From the NCBI GenBank assembly GCA_963734125.1, contig CAVTGB010000004.1:71779-135778 (forward strand): a stretch of 64,000 bases of DNA. The letters run 5' to 3'. The notes under the pieces were generated by a model that saw only the letters and a list, made by a program, of their open reading frames with translations, was not told where the DNA came from and searched no databases. Below, piece after piece: positions 29,000 through 38,272 of this stretch. This stretch comes from an uncultured Alphaproteobacteria bacterium (GTDB lineage: Bacteria; Pseudomonadota; Alphaproteobacteria; ATCC43930; CGMCC-115725). Each line of letters begins with the position of its first letter. Within the stretch, counting starts at the first letter, position 1. The translations under genes and the position numbers were made by a program.

Positions 29000-29034
29000 A
29001 CTTTCGCCTCACCGGCCCCGGACGACCGGGCGGG

Positions 29035-29593
29035 TCACGCGTGCCCGGCGTCGGTCGACAGCGCGGTCAGGTCGACGCCAAGCTTGGCCAGCGCACGCTG
29101 CCATTTGGCGTCGAAATCATCATCGAAAACTAGATCGGAATCGGCGGGGACCGAGAGCCAGCCATTGGCCTGCATCTCGGCGTCGAGCTGGCCCGGCGCC
29201 CAGCCGGCATAGCCGAGCGCCAAGAGGATGCGGCGCGGCCCCTCGCCCTTGCCGATCGCGCGCAGGATGTCGAGCGTCGCGGTCATCGCGAACTCTTCGC
29301 CGACGATCAGCGTCGCGTCTTCGCGATAATCGGCGCTGTGCAGCACAAAGCCGCGCCCGGGCTCGACCGGCCCGCCGAAATGCACCGGACGGGCGCGGTT
29401 GAGTCGCGCTCGGCTCGAGCTTCAGATGGGTGAACAGCTCGTCCATCGTCAGCGAGGCCACGAGCTTGTTGACGACCAGGCCCATCGCCCCCGCGCTCCC
29501 GCTGTGCGCGCAGATATAGACCACCGAACGGGCGAAGCGCGGGTCCGTCATCTGCGGCATCGCGACGAGAAGTTGACCGGTCAGCGAGTTCAT
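29035..29593 (-). pseudogene. algH: YqgE/AlgH family protein (UPF0301), one frame break
   Basis: The N-terminus is in ORF 29120-29716, from [42 protein letters not shown]. The C-terminus is in ORF 29035-29385 ([17 protein letters not shown] ... [16 protein letters not shown]). The frame change is near 29385-29410. Confidence 0.8.
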
Positions 29594-29824
29594 CGCCGCC
29601 TCCACTGCACGCCATTCGCGGCTCCATCGCGCAAGATAAGCCCGTCCCGAGCGATGCGTGGCGAAAAAAGAAGCGCCGGTTCGAGCGCGGCCGCTCCCCG
29701 TTGCCGGCTCCGCCACGGCGCGGCGTTTACGGCCGGCGCCCGGCTATGCTATCGGTGGCGCCCCCATGCCGCCGGCCGCGTCGATGCGGTCCGGCGGCGG
29801 AATGAAATTCAGAGGGACGATCCC

Positions 29825-30310
29825 ATGACGATCCAGGTTGGCGACAAGATACCGGCGGCGACCTTCAAATATGTGACCCCGGAAGGCCCCAAGGACATCA
29901 CCACCGACGAACTGTTCGGCGGCAAGAAGGTGGTGCTGTTCGCCGTGCCCGGCGCCTTTACCCCGGCCTGTTCGCAGCGCCACCTGCCGGGCTATGTCGA
30001 CAAGGCGGCCGAGCTCAAGCGCAAGGGCGTCGACACGATCGCCTGCATCGCGGTCAACGACCAGGCGGTGATGGGCGCCTGGGGCAAGGCGCAGAACGTC
30101 GGCGACAAGGTGATGATGCTGGCCGACGGCAGCGCCGACTTCGCCCGCGCGGTCGGGCTCGACATCGATCTCAGCCGGGCCGGTCTCGGCACCCGCTCGA
30201 AGCGCTATTCGATGCTGGTCGAGGACGGCACGGTCAAGGCGCTCAATGTCGAGCAGGTGCCGAGCCAGGTCGAGGTCTCCAGCGCCGACGCAATGCTGAA
30301 GGCGCTGTAG
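29825..30310 (+). CDS. peroxiredoxin (Prx5/AhpC-TSA family)
   Basis: Internal ATG at 29825 of ORF 29399-30310: MTIQVGDKIPAATF ... VVLFAVPGAFTPACSQRHLPGY (peroxidatic Cys motif). Confidence 0.9.
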   Translation: MTIQVGDKIPAATFKYVTPEGPKDITTDELFGGKKVVLFAVPGAFTPACSQRHLPGYVDKAAELKRKGVDTIACIAVNDQAVMGAWGKAQNVGDKVMMLADGSADFARAVGLDIDLSRAGLGTRSKRYSMLVEDGTVKALNVEQVPSQVEVSSADAMLKAL

Positions 30311-30324
30311 ACGACCGCTGCCGC

Positions 30325-31024
30325 TCACAATTCGCGGGCTGCGGCGGGCGAGGGCCTTCTCCCAAACCGTGCTGCGCTCGGCGTCGAAGACGAGGTCGGG
30401 CTCGGCCGGCGCGGTGAACCAGCCGTGGCGCGCGATCTCGCCTTCGAGTTGGCCCGCGCCCCACCCGGCATAGCCGAGCGCGAACAGGTATTTCGCGGGA
30501 CCCGATGAGCGGCCGATGTCGCGCAGCACCTCCGGGCTCGCGGTCATCGCCAGGTCGCTAGTGACGACGAGGGTTTGCGGGGCGGCGGTATTCGGCGCTG
30601 TGGACGACAAAGCCCAATTCCGTCTGGACCGGTCCGCCGAGAAACACCCGGATCGTGCCCTCGAGCGGTGCTGTCCTTGTCATCCTTACCGTCCCCGCGG
30701 TCGGAATCCGACAGCACGGCGGCGAGCGGACGCTCGCCCAGCGGATGGTTGATGACGATGCCGAAGGCGCCGCTTACTGTCGTGCCGCAGCAGCAGGACC
30801 ACCGCGTGGACGAAGCGCGGATCCTGGATCTCCGCCGAGGCGATCAACAAGTCGCCGGCCGGCGGGTCGGCAGCGGGCGGGCTGACGGCAGGCGGGCTGA
30901 CGGCGGGCGGGCTGACAGCCGGCGGGGCGTCTTGCGCGGCGTTCGCGATCGCCGCAAACAGCGCCGCCATGCAGAATAGGGTGGCCAGAGAGCGTGGCAC
31001 CTTCCAGGGGATCGTCATTGTCAT
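30325..31024 (-). pseudogene. second YqgE/AlgH-like paralog with signal peptide and PPAVS repeats, reading frame broken 3-4 times
   Basis: ORF 30686-31024 reads MTMTIPWKVPRSLATLFCMAALFAAIANAAQDAPPAVSPPAVSPPAVSPPA..LLIASAEIQDPRFVHAVVLLLRHD. My translation then gives GAFGIVINHPLGERPLAAVL, then TIRVFLGGPVQTELGFVVHSAEY. It then continues [33 protein letters not shown] in ORF 29744-30610. The likely natural stop is TGA at 30327-30325, in yet another frame. Confidence 0.6.
30875..30919. repeat. 15-bp tandem repeat x3 (encodes PPAVS on the minus strand)
   Basis: GGGCGGGCTGACGGC / AGGCGGGCTGACGGC / GGGCGGGCTGACAGC, preceded by a degenerate copy. Confidence 0.85.
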
Positions 31025-31113
31025 TGCCAGCGAACCGAAGCAATCTCGTGCCTATAGTGCCTCAATTCCTTTGCGATTGCTTCCTCGCCCTTTGGGCTCC
31101 TCGCTATGACAAC
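31014..31113. repeat. REP-like inverted repeat, family E (second copy)
   Basis: GTCATTGTCATTGCCAGCGAACCGAAGCAATCTCG ... GCGATTGCTTCCTCGCCCTTTGGGCTCCTCGCTATGACAACG. Its two ends contain the called start codons of the divergent genes at 31024 (-) and 31106 (+). Confidence 0.7.
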
Positions 31114-32131
31114 GACGCACGACCTCCCCCTCGGCCGGCTCGCAGCGTGGCTGCGCCATCATGTCGAGGGGTTTCGCGGACCGCTTGCCGCCGACCGGTT
31201 CACCGGCGGGCAGTCGAACCCGACCTACAAGCTCGAGGCCGCCTCCGGCCCCTATGTCCTGCGCCGAAAGCCGCCCGGCGTGCTGTTGCCGAGCGCGCAT
31301 GCGGTCGACCGCGAGTTCCGCGTCATGCGTGCCCTTGCGGCGACCCCGGTTCCGGTGCCGCGCGTTCATGCTTTGTGCGAGGACGACAGCGTCATCGGCA
31401 GCGCCTTTTATGTGATGGAATTTCTCGACGGCCGGATCTTCTGGGAGCAAAGCCTGCCCGAGGTAAGGCCGGCCGAGCGCGCGGCGATGTTCGATTCGAT
31501 GAACGCGGTCATCGCTGCCCTCCACAGCGTCGACTACGAAGCGGTCGGGCTCGGTGATTTCGGGCGCCCGGGCAATTACATGGGCCGCCAGATCGCGCGC
31601 TGGAGCCGCCAATACCGTGCCTCGGAGACCGAGAAAATCGCGGCGATGGACGCCCTCATCGACTGGCTGCCGCAGCGTCTCCCAGAGGAGAGCGCTCCCC
31701 GAGTCGTCCACGGCGACTATCGGATGGACAATCTGGTCTTCCACAAGACCGAGCCGCGCGTCATCGGCATCCTCGATTGGGAATTGTCGACGATTGGCGA
31801 TCCCCTCGCCGATTTTGCCTATCACGCGATGACCTGGCGGGTGACGCCCGCATTGTTTCGCGGGCTCGCCGGCATCGATTTCGCAGCGTCCGGAATCCCC
31901 GACGAAGCCGCCTATGTGGCGGCCTATTGCCGGCGCACCGGGCGCGAGCAGGTCGCCTCCTGGGAGTTTTACATGGTCTATAGCCTCTTCCGCATCGCCG
32001 CGATCGTGCAGGGCATCGCCAAGCGCGCGATCGAGGGTACCGCGGCGAGCGAGGAAGCGCGCGAGGTCGGACGCCTGGCGCGCCCGTTCGCCGACCAGGC
32101 CTGGGCGCTCGCGCGCTCGCTCGGCGGTTGA
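31106..32131 (+). CDS. phosphotransferase (APH/choline kinase-like) family protein
   Basis: 341-aa ORF with FTGGQSNPTYKLE ... YVLRRKPPG ... HAVDREFRVMRAL ... VHGDYRMDNLVF ... ILDWELSTIGDPLAD (Brenner and DxD motifs). Confidence 0.85.
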   Translation: MTTTHDLPLGRLAAWLRHHVEGFRGPLAADRFTGGQSNPTYKLEAASGPYVLRRKPPGVLLPSAHAVDREFRVMRALAATPVPVPRVHALCEDDSVIGSAFYVMEFLDGRIFWEQSLPEVRPAERAAMFDSMNAVIAALHSVDYEAVGLGDFGRPGNYMGRQIARWSRQYRASETEKIAAMDALIDWLPQRLPEESAPRVVHGDYRMDNLVFHKTEPRVIGILDWELSTIGDPLADFAYHAMTWRVTPALFRGLAGIDFAASGIPDEAAYVAAYCRRTGREQVASWEFYMVYSLFRIAAIVQGIAKRAIEGTAASEEAREVGRLARPFADQAWALARSLGG

Positions 32132-32166
32132 GGCCGCGGCGCGATCCGCAGTCGAGGCACAAGGCG

Positions 32167-33180
32167 ATGAACATCCTGCTCTTGAATTACGAATACACGT
32201 TGACCGGCTCGACACTCCTCCTCCTGCGCCTGGCCGAACATCTGCGGCGGTCCGGGCACCGGGTGACCGCATCGGCGGCCCTTCCGGCGCCCGGGCCAAT
32301 CAGGGCGATGTACCAGGAGCGCGGGTTCACCGTGCTCGACCCGCCGTTTACCGCCTCATTCGACCTCGCCATCTGCAATACCGTGATGACCGCGCCCCAG
32401 CTCCTGACTTGCGCCGGCGTGATGAAGACGATCTGGTGGATTCACGAGGGGTCGGTCGGCCTCGAGTATCTGCTGTACAATCCGGCCCAATGCGAGGCCT
32501 TTGCCCGGGCCAGCGTGGTGGTCTTCCCGATCGATCATCTGCGCGACACGATCTATCGCTCGCTGATCTACACCTACGAGCAGAGCCGCTTTGTCACCAT
32601 TCCCGGCGGCATTCCGCCGATCGCGCCGTCCGCTCAGCGCAGCGTCGCCGGCAGCGAACTCCGCGTGGTGTCGGTTGGCGCCATCTATCCGCGCAAACGG
32701 CACGAGGATCTGATCCGGGCGATGATGCTCTACGCGCATCCCGCGGCACGCTGCATCATCGCGGGCAAGCTCTACAGCCTGCCGGATGATTGCCTGCGGA
32801 TCATCGAGGCGAACCCGCAAACCTTCGAGCTGGTCGGGGAGATCGACAACGCCGACGCTCTTCGGCTGATCGGTTCCGCCGATGTCTTCTGCCTACCGTC
32901 GGGTTCGGAGGTGCTGCCGATGACGATCCTCGAAGCGGCGATGCTGGAGCGGCCGATGGTGCTTTCGGATCTGTCGGTCTACGAGGGCCTATGGCGCCAT
33001 GGCCGCAATTGCCTCCTCTACCCGGTCGGCGCCGTTGGCATGCTCGCCCAATCGATTGCGATGGTCGCCGGCAACGCCGATCTGCGCACCCGGCTCGGCG
33101 CCGCGGCGCGACAGACGGCGGCTCCCTATACCGAAACTGCGTTCTTTGCCCGCTTCGACGCCGTGCTCGACGGGCTCTAG
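32167..33180 (+). CDS. glycosyltransferase (GT-B, family 4-like)
   Basis: ORF 32128-33180, with the likely start at MNILLLNYEY. It has a C-terminal E-x7-E-type region (FCLPSGSEVLPMTILEAAMLERPMV). Confidence 0.8.
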   Translation: MNILLLNYEYTLTGSTLLLLRLAEHLRRSGHRVTASAALPAPGPIRAMYQERGFTVLDPPFTASFDLAICNTVMTAPQLLTCAGVMKTIWWIHEGSVGLEYLLYNPAQCEAFARASVVVFPIDHLRDTIYRSLIYTYEQSRFVTIPGGIPPIAPSAQRSVAGSELRVVSVGAIYPRKRHEDLIRAMMLYAHPAARCIIAGKLYSLPDDCLRIIEANPQTFELVGEIDNADALRLIGSADVFCLPSGSEVLPMTILEAAMLERPMVLSDLSVYEGLWRHGRNCLLYPVGAVGMLAQSIAMVAGNADLRTRLGAAARQTAAPYTETAFFARFDAVLDGL

Positions 33181-33188
33181 CCCCCTCG

Positions 33189-34175
33189 CTACATCAGCCG
33201 CACGAGCTGCTTGCGGCGGTGCACGGCTGAGGCCAGCACGCAGAGGATCTCGAACATCATCGTGGCGCCGACGAGCGCAGTGTTGCCGCTGGGATCGAAC
33301 GGCGGGGCGACCTCGACGACATCGCCGCCGATGAGGTCGAGGCCTTCCAGACCGCGGATCATCTGCTGCGCATCGGCGGTCGAGAAGCCGCCGATCTCGG
33401 GGGTGCCGGTGCCCGGCGCGTAGACCGGATCGAGCCCGTCGACATCGAAGGTGACATAGGCCGGGCCATCGCCGACGATGCGGCGCGCCTCGGCGATAAC
33501 GGCTTCGGGGCCGAGCCGGAAGAATTCCTCGATATGGACGATGCGGATGCCGGCGCCGGTCGCCCAGTCCTTCTCGCCCGGGTCGTACATCGAGCCGCGC
33601 ACGCCGATTTGGATCATCCGGTGCGGATCGATGAGGCCCTCCTCGATGGCGCGGCGAAACGGCGTGCCGTGGGTGTATTTCTCGCCCCCAAAATAGCTGT
33701 CGCTGGTGTCGGAATGGGCGTCGAAATGGATGACCCCGACCGGCTCCTCGCGGGCGATCGCGCGCAGTATCGGCAGAGTGACGAGATGGTCGCCTCCGGC
33801 TGACAGCGGCGCCGCGCCGGCCTTATGGAGCCGGCAATAGAACGCCTCGATCCGCTGCATCGCGTCGCTGAGGTCGATCGGGTTGACCGGCGCGTCGCCG
33901 TGGTCGCCGACCCGGCACAATTCATAGGGCGCAACAAGGCTGACATGATGCACCCGGCGCATCAGCGTCGACATGTTGCGGATCTCGCGCGGCCCGTGCC
34001 GCGCCCCCGGCCGGTTGGTGGTGCCGCCATCCCACGGCACGCCGACGATCGCGATGTCGAGCTTGGCAGGGTTCCGCTCGATCGGCAGCCGCATAAAGGT
34101 GGCGACCTCGCCAAAGCGCGGCATCACCATGCCGGAGAGCGGCTCGGGGAATTTGCCAGGGGACGTATCAGCCAT
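33189..34175 (-). CDS. agmatinase/ureohydrolase family protein (agmatinase or guanidino-acid hydrolase)
   Basis: This is the C-terminal 328 aa of ORF 33189-35171, starting at MADTSPGKFPEP (ATG 34175). It has the Mn-binding motifs HFDAHSDT, GGDHLVT and VTFDVDGLDP. Confidence 0.9.
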   Translation of the reverse strand: MADTSPGKFPEPLSGMVMPRFGEVATFMRLPIERNPAKLDIAIVGVPWDGGTTNRPGARHGPREIRNMSTLMRRVHHVSLVAPYELCRVGDHGDAPVNPIDLSDAMQRIEAFYCRLHKAGAAPLSAGGDHLVTLPILRAIAREEPVGVIHFDAHSDTSDSYFGGEKYTHGTPFRRAIEEGLIDPHRMIQIGVRGSMYDPGEKDWATGAGIRIVHIEEFFRLGPEAVIAEARRIVGDGPAYVTFDVDGLDPVYAPGTGTPEIGGFSTADAQQMIRGLEGLDLIGGDVVEVAPPFDPSGNTALVGATMMFEILCVLASAVHRRKQLVRLM

Positions 34176-34250
34176 GGCCTTAATATAGGCACGCGTCGCC
34201 CGCCGGCGAAGTGACCGATACGTGGCGGGCCAGCGGAGGCTGAGGGTGGA

Positions 34251-34436
34251 ATGCTGACCAGGGAAATTTTCTACGGAATGAATATCCTGACCCTGGCGGG
34301 CTTCGCCGCGATGGGGATTGGCCTTGCCCTCAACCGCCAGGGACAGCTTGGCGCTCCCGGCGCCTACGCGCTGATGGGGGCGGGGACGGCGCTGGTATTT
34401 GTGGGTATCTATGTCGCGGTGCCCGCTGCACCGTGA
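34251..34436 (+). CDS. possible small two-TM membrane protein
   Basis: 61-aa ORF (NILTLAGFAAMGIGLAL ... ALMGAGTALVFVGIYVAV) with GAGGGTGG just upstream. Support is hydrophobicity and position only. Confidence 0.3.
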   Translation: MLTREIFYGMNILTLAGFAAMGIGLALNRQGQLGAPGAYALMGAGTALVFVGIYVAVPAAP

Positions 34437-34535
34437 GCCGGTAGCGCCGCCTCGGTTGCAACGTCGGACGAAGCGCGGGATGCTGCACTCAACCCGCCCA
34501 ACCGATTGCCCACCCAACATTAGGAGGATCCGGCC

Positions 34536-35330
34536 ATGCCCACGCCGATCGGCGAGAATCTGGCGAAGAAGAAGCTCGCGGCCAATGAACTGGTGCTGTG
34601 CATGGGGGTCAACCAGCTGCGCACCCCGAATATCGCGATGATCGCGGCGGCCTGCGGGTTTGATGCGGTCTATATCGACCTCGAGCACAACCCAACCTCG
34701 CTCGAAACCGCGGCCGGGGTGTGCGTCGCCGCGCTCGGCATGGGGATAACCCCGATCGCCCGGGTGACCTCGCACGACCCGCATGACGCGACCCGCATCC
34801 TCGATAGCGGCGCCCAGGGGGTCATGGTGCCGCATATCCAGAATGCCGCCGAAGCGAAGGCCATTGTCGACGCGTGCCTCTATGCGCCGCTCGGCCACCG
34901 CTCGGCCTTCGGCAGCGGGCCGCAACTCGGCTATGCCGCGATACCCCAAGCCGAAGTGTGCCAGATCATCAACCGCGAGACCCTGCTGATGGCGATGATC
35001 GAGACGCCCGAGGCGGTCGAGAACGCCGACTCGATCGCCGCCGTCCCCGGCATCCACGTCCTCCATATCGGCGCCAGCGACCTCTCGACCGAGATGGGCA
35101 TCCCCGGGCAATACCAGCATGAGCGGATGCGGGCGGCGTTCGAGAGCGTCGCCAAGGCGGCCCGCGCCCACGGCAAGGCGATGGGGGTCGGCGGGGTGCG
35201 CCAGGATTTCGCGTTCCAGAGCTGGCTGATTTCGATCGGCATGCGCTATCTGACCGGCGGCTCCGATGTCGGCTACATCCTGTCGGCCGGCCGCGCCGAC
35301 GTAAAGCAGCTGCGCGAATTGAAACTGTAG
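34536..35330 (+). CDS. HpcH/HpaI family aldolase
   Basis: 264-aa ORF with FDAVYIDLEHNP ... ARVTSHDPHDATRILDSGAQGVMVPHI ... MIETPEAVENADSIAAVPGI, a class II aldolase/PEP-mutase-fold pattern. Confidence 0.85.
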   Translation: MPTPIGENLAKKKLAANELVLCMGVNQLRTPNIAMIAAACGFDAVYIDLEHNPTSLETAAGVCVAALGMGITPIARVTSHDPHDATRILDSGAQGVMVPHIQNAAEAKAIVDACLYAPLGHRSAFGSGPQLGYAAIPQAEVCQIINRETLLMAMIETPEAVENADSIAAVPGIHVLHIGASDLSTEMGIPGQYQHERMRAAFESVAKAARAHGKAMGVGGVRQDFAFQSWLISIGMRYLTGGSDVGYILSAGRADVKQLRELKL

Positions 35331-35332
35331 GG

Positions 35333-35749
35333 ATGATCCGCCTAGCGACCCCTTCCGACATGACGCGCATTTTCGCGATCCGCGACGGCGTCCACGAAAA
35401 CCCGCTTTCGACGCCCGCTTCGGTCACCGCAGCGGGCGTCGCCGAGCTCATCGCCGACCGCGCGCTGTGGGTGTGGCAGGAGGCGGACGGGCTCGTCACC
35501 GGGTTTTCCGCCGGTGATCCGCGTGACGGCTCGATCTGGTCCTTGCTGGTCGCCCCGGGGCACGAGGGCAAAGGCATCGGCCGCGCCTTGTTGCAGGCGG
35601 CATGCGACGCGCTGCGCGAGGCCGGTCATCGTGCCGCCACGCTGCGAATTGAGCCCGGCACCCGGGCCGAGCGGCATTACCGCGCCGCCGGCTGGACTGT
35701 TACCGCCACCAATGCGAACGGCGAGCTCGTCTTCACCAAGCCGCTTTGA
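35333..35749 (+). CDS. GNAT family N-acetyltransferase
   Basis: 138-aa ORF with the acetyl-CoA motif LLVAPGHEGKGIGRALLQAA. It starts 3 nt after the aldolase stop. Confidence 0.8.
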   Translation: MIRLATPSDMTRIFAIRDGVHENPLSTPASVTAAGVAELIADRALWVWQEADGLVTGFSAGDPRDGSIWSLLVAPGHEGKGIGRALLQAACDALREAGHRAATLRIEPGTRAERHYRAAGWTVTATNANGELVFTKPL

Positions 35750-35882
35750 GGTCTTCGAAGATGGACCGCGGGCCTCTGAAAGTATGCCGGCCAGAGGCCC
35801 GCGGTCCGGGCTATACGCTGCCCGGCGCGATGCCGTAAGCTGGTCGCCAGCCCGCCGACCACCCACGCCCGAGGAGCCCCCG

Positions 35883-37526
35883 ATGAAAGTCACCAACGCC
35901 ATCGCCCATGTCCTGAAGACCGAGGGCGTCGAATTTCTGATCGGCTACCCGGTCAACCCGATCATCGAGGGCGCGGCGGAAGCTGACATCCGCACGATCA
36001 TGGTGCGCCAGGAGCGCATTGGCCTCCATATGTGCGACGCGGTCGGCAAGCTCTCGTCGGGCGACCGGATCGGCGTTTTCGTGATGCAGCACGGCCCGGG
36101 CACCGAGAACGCTTTTGGCGGGGTCGCGCAGTCGTTTGGCGATTCCTGCCCGGTCGTCGTCCTGCCGGCGGGGTACGCGCGCAACATCAACCAGGTGCAC
36201 CCGAACTTCAACGCGGCGCTCAATTTCCGCCACGTCACCAAATCGTCCGAGCAGGTCACCGTCGCCGACGCCACGATCGAGGCGCTGCGCCGCGCCTTCA
36301 CGATGGTCCGCAACGGCCGGCCGGGCCCGGTCTTGGTCGAGTTCCCGACCGACATCCTGCGCGAGGAGGTTCCGGACGCGCTGGTCGCCGAATACCGGAA
36401 GGCACCGCGTCTGCGGAGCGGCCCCGACCCGCAATCGGTTTCGGCGATCGCCGAAGCGCTGGTCGCGGCGCAGCGGCCGGTGATCGTCGCCGGGCAGGGG
36501 GTGCATTACGGCAAGGCTTGGCCGCAGTTGAAGGCGCTCGCCGAACTCCTCGAAGCGCCGGTGATGACGACCTTGCCGGGCAAGAGCGCGTTCCCCGAAA
36601 ACCATCCGCTGTCCTTGGGCTCGGGCGGCATCGGCATCGGCGAACATCTCTGGCATTCATTGCAGAACTGCGACTTCATCTTCGGGATCGGCTGCAGCTT
36701 TACCCGCACCAGCTTTGGCACGCCGATGCCGAAGGGCAAGAAGATCGCCCACGCGACATTGGATCCTTATGCCATCAACAAGGACGTGCCGGTCGATCTG
36801 GCCGCCGTCGGCGACGCCGGCCTGACGCTCGACGCCCTCCTCCTCGAGGTGAAGGACCGCCTGAAGGGTAAGCCCCGCGACCGCCTCGCCTCGGTCACCC
36901 GCGAGATCAAGAGCCACCGCGACGAATGGCTGGCGAAATGGAAGCATCGGCTGACCTCGGATGCTGCGCCGATCTCGCCCTACCGGGTGGTCTGGGACCT
37001 CCTCCACACGGTCGATGTCAAGAACACGATCATCACCCACGACGCCGGCAGCCCGCGCGACCAGATCTCGCCGTTCTGGGTCAGCGAGACGCCGCTTTCC
37101 TATATCGGGTGGGGCAAGACGACCCAGCTCGGCTACGGCCTCGGCCTCGCGATGGGGGCCAAGCTCGCCCACCCCGACAAGCTCTGCATCAACTTCTGGG
37201 GTGATGCCGCGATCGGCTTTACCGGCATGGATTTCGAGACCGCGGTCCGGGAACGCCTGCCGATCCTCTCGATCCTGTCCAACAATTTCTCGATGGCGAT
37301 CGAACTCAAAGTGATGCCGGTCTCGACCGAGAAGTACCGCTCGACCGACATCAGCGGCAATTACGCCGATTTCGCCAAGGCCTTGGGTGGATACGGCGAG
37401 CGGGTGACGAGCCCGTCCGAAATCATCCCGGCGATCAAGCGCGGCATCGCGCAGACCCGCGAGGGCAAGCCCGCCCTCCTCGAATTCATTACCGAGAAGG
37501 CCACCGACGTCTCGCGCTACCCGTGA
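35883..37526 (+). CDS. thiamine pyrophosphate-dependent enzyme (acetolactate synthase / sulfoacetaldehyde acetyltransferase-like)
   Basis: Internal ATG at 35883 of ORF 35514-37526 (MKVTNAIAHVLKTEGVEFLIGYPVNP ... HGPGTENAFGGVAQSF ... GWGKTTQLGYGLGLAMGA ... WGDAAIGFTGMDFETA ... LSNN). Confidence 0.85.
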   Translation: MKVTNAIAHVLKTEGVEFLIGYPVNPIIEGAAEADIRTIMVRQERIGLHMCDAVGKLSSGDRIGVFVMQHGPGTENAFGGVAQSFGDSCPVVVLPAGYARNINQVHPNFNAALNFRHVTKSSEQVTVADATIEALRRAFTMVRNGRPGPVLVEFPTDILREEVPDALVAEYRKAPRLRSGPDPQSVSAIAEALVAAQRPVIVAGQGVHYGKAWPQLKALAELLEAPVMTTLPGKSAFPENHPLSLGSGGIGIGEHLWHSLQNCDFIFGIGCSFTRTSFGTPMPKGKKIAHATLDPYAINKDVPVDLAAVGDAGLTLDALLLEVKDRLKGKPRDRLASVTREIKSHRDEWLAKWKHRLTSDAAPISPYRVVWDLLHTVDVKNTIITHDAGSPRDQISPFWVSETPLSYIGWGKTTQLGYGLGLAMGAKLAHPDKLCINFWGDAAIGFTGMDFETAVRERLPILSILSNNFSMAIELKVMPVSTEKYRSTDISGNYADFAKALGGYGERVTSPSEIIPAIKRGIAQTREGKPALLEFITEKATDVSRYP

Positions 37527-37565
37527 TCCACGAGCCGCCATTTCCGAAGAGGCAAGGCACGAACA

Positions 37566-37865
37566 ATGACCGAGGTACAAAGTCGAAGGAGTCTGCTGGA
37601 CGATATTCGGGATTTCATTACAGAGAAATGGACGAAAGAGAGCGCCTGCGAGCTGTGCGGGACCGATCGCTGGATGGTCTATCCCGAACCGACCACACAC
37701 GCCTACCTTCCAGTCGGCGATGAGACCGCTCCGCCGCGAGTATACCCGCAACCCATGGTGGCCTACTTGGCGGCGAGCTGCGTAAATTGCGGAAATCTCA
37801 GGCTTATCGACGCGAGGACATTTGAGAAATGGCGCATGGAGAGGGCTCCGGAGAGGACAAGGTAG
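37566..37865 (+). CDS. hypothetical zinc-ribbon-like protein (C28xxC31 ... C72xxC75)
   Basis: 99-aa ORF in a lower-GC stretch with rare codons. It has two CxxC pairs (CELCG, CVNCG). I recognise no family. The antisense ORF 37763-38311 is Arg-rich junk. Confidence 0.5.
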   Translation: MTEVQSRRSLLDDIRDFITEKWTKESACELCGTDRWMVYPEPTTHAYLPVGDETAPPRVYPQPMVAYLAASCVNCGNLRLIDARTFEKWRMERAPERTR

Positions 37866-38272
37866 TTCCCGGTCCTTGGCCACCGATCACAGCGAGTAGT
37901 CCTGGAGGACCCTCTGACGGCGATCCTTATTCTCCGGGAATCGATCTTGCGGCGCGGATGGGTCGATTGGAGGCAGTGGTAGAGGGTTTGCGGCACTCGC
38001 AGAACCTGACAATCGGCGCCACCGCTATGGTGGGCGGAATTCTCGCCGCGATCATTGTCGGGTTTGGTGTGTATGGGTTGCAGAGGATTGACCAGACGCA
38101 GGAATCGATCTCGCGCGAAGCCGATGCAACGCGTCAGGAGCTTGTCGGGGTCACCTCTGCAATCGCGAACTCGATCACGGCTGCACGAGAGATGCGGCCG
38201 CCGATTATCGTAATACCCACGCCCGGCCCACATTCGGATTCTAATCCAACCCAAAACCCGTCGGGAAAGTAA
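37829..38272 (+). CDS. hypothetical single-pass membrane protein with flanking helical segments
   Basis: 147-aa ORF (or 104 aa from ATG 37958). The TM segment is IGATAMVGGILAAIIVGFGVYGL, and the ends are Pro-rich. It overlaps the preceding ORF by 37 nt if the long start is used. Confidence 0.45.
   Translation: MAHGEGSGEDKVVPGPWPPITASSPGGPSDGDPYSPGIDLAARMGRLEAVVEGLRHSQNLTIGATAMVGGILAAIIVGFGVYGLQRIDQTQESISREADATRQELVGVTSAIANSITAAREMRPPIIVIPTPGPHSDSNPTQNPSGK

Noticed and set aside
33189-35171. 660-aa ORF that looks like a large fusion protein
   Set aside because: Only the C-terminal 328 aa (from ATG 34175) are ureohydrolase-like. The N-terminal half is antisense to the aldolase gene and compositionally junk.
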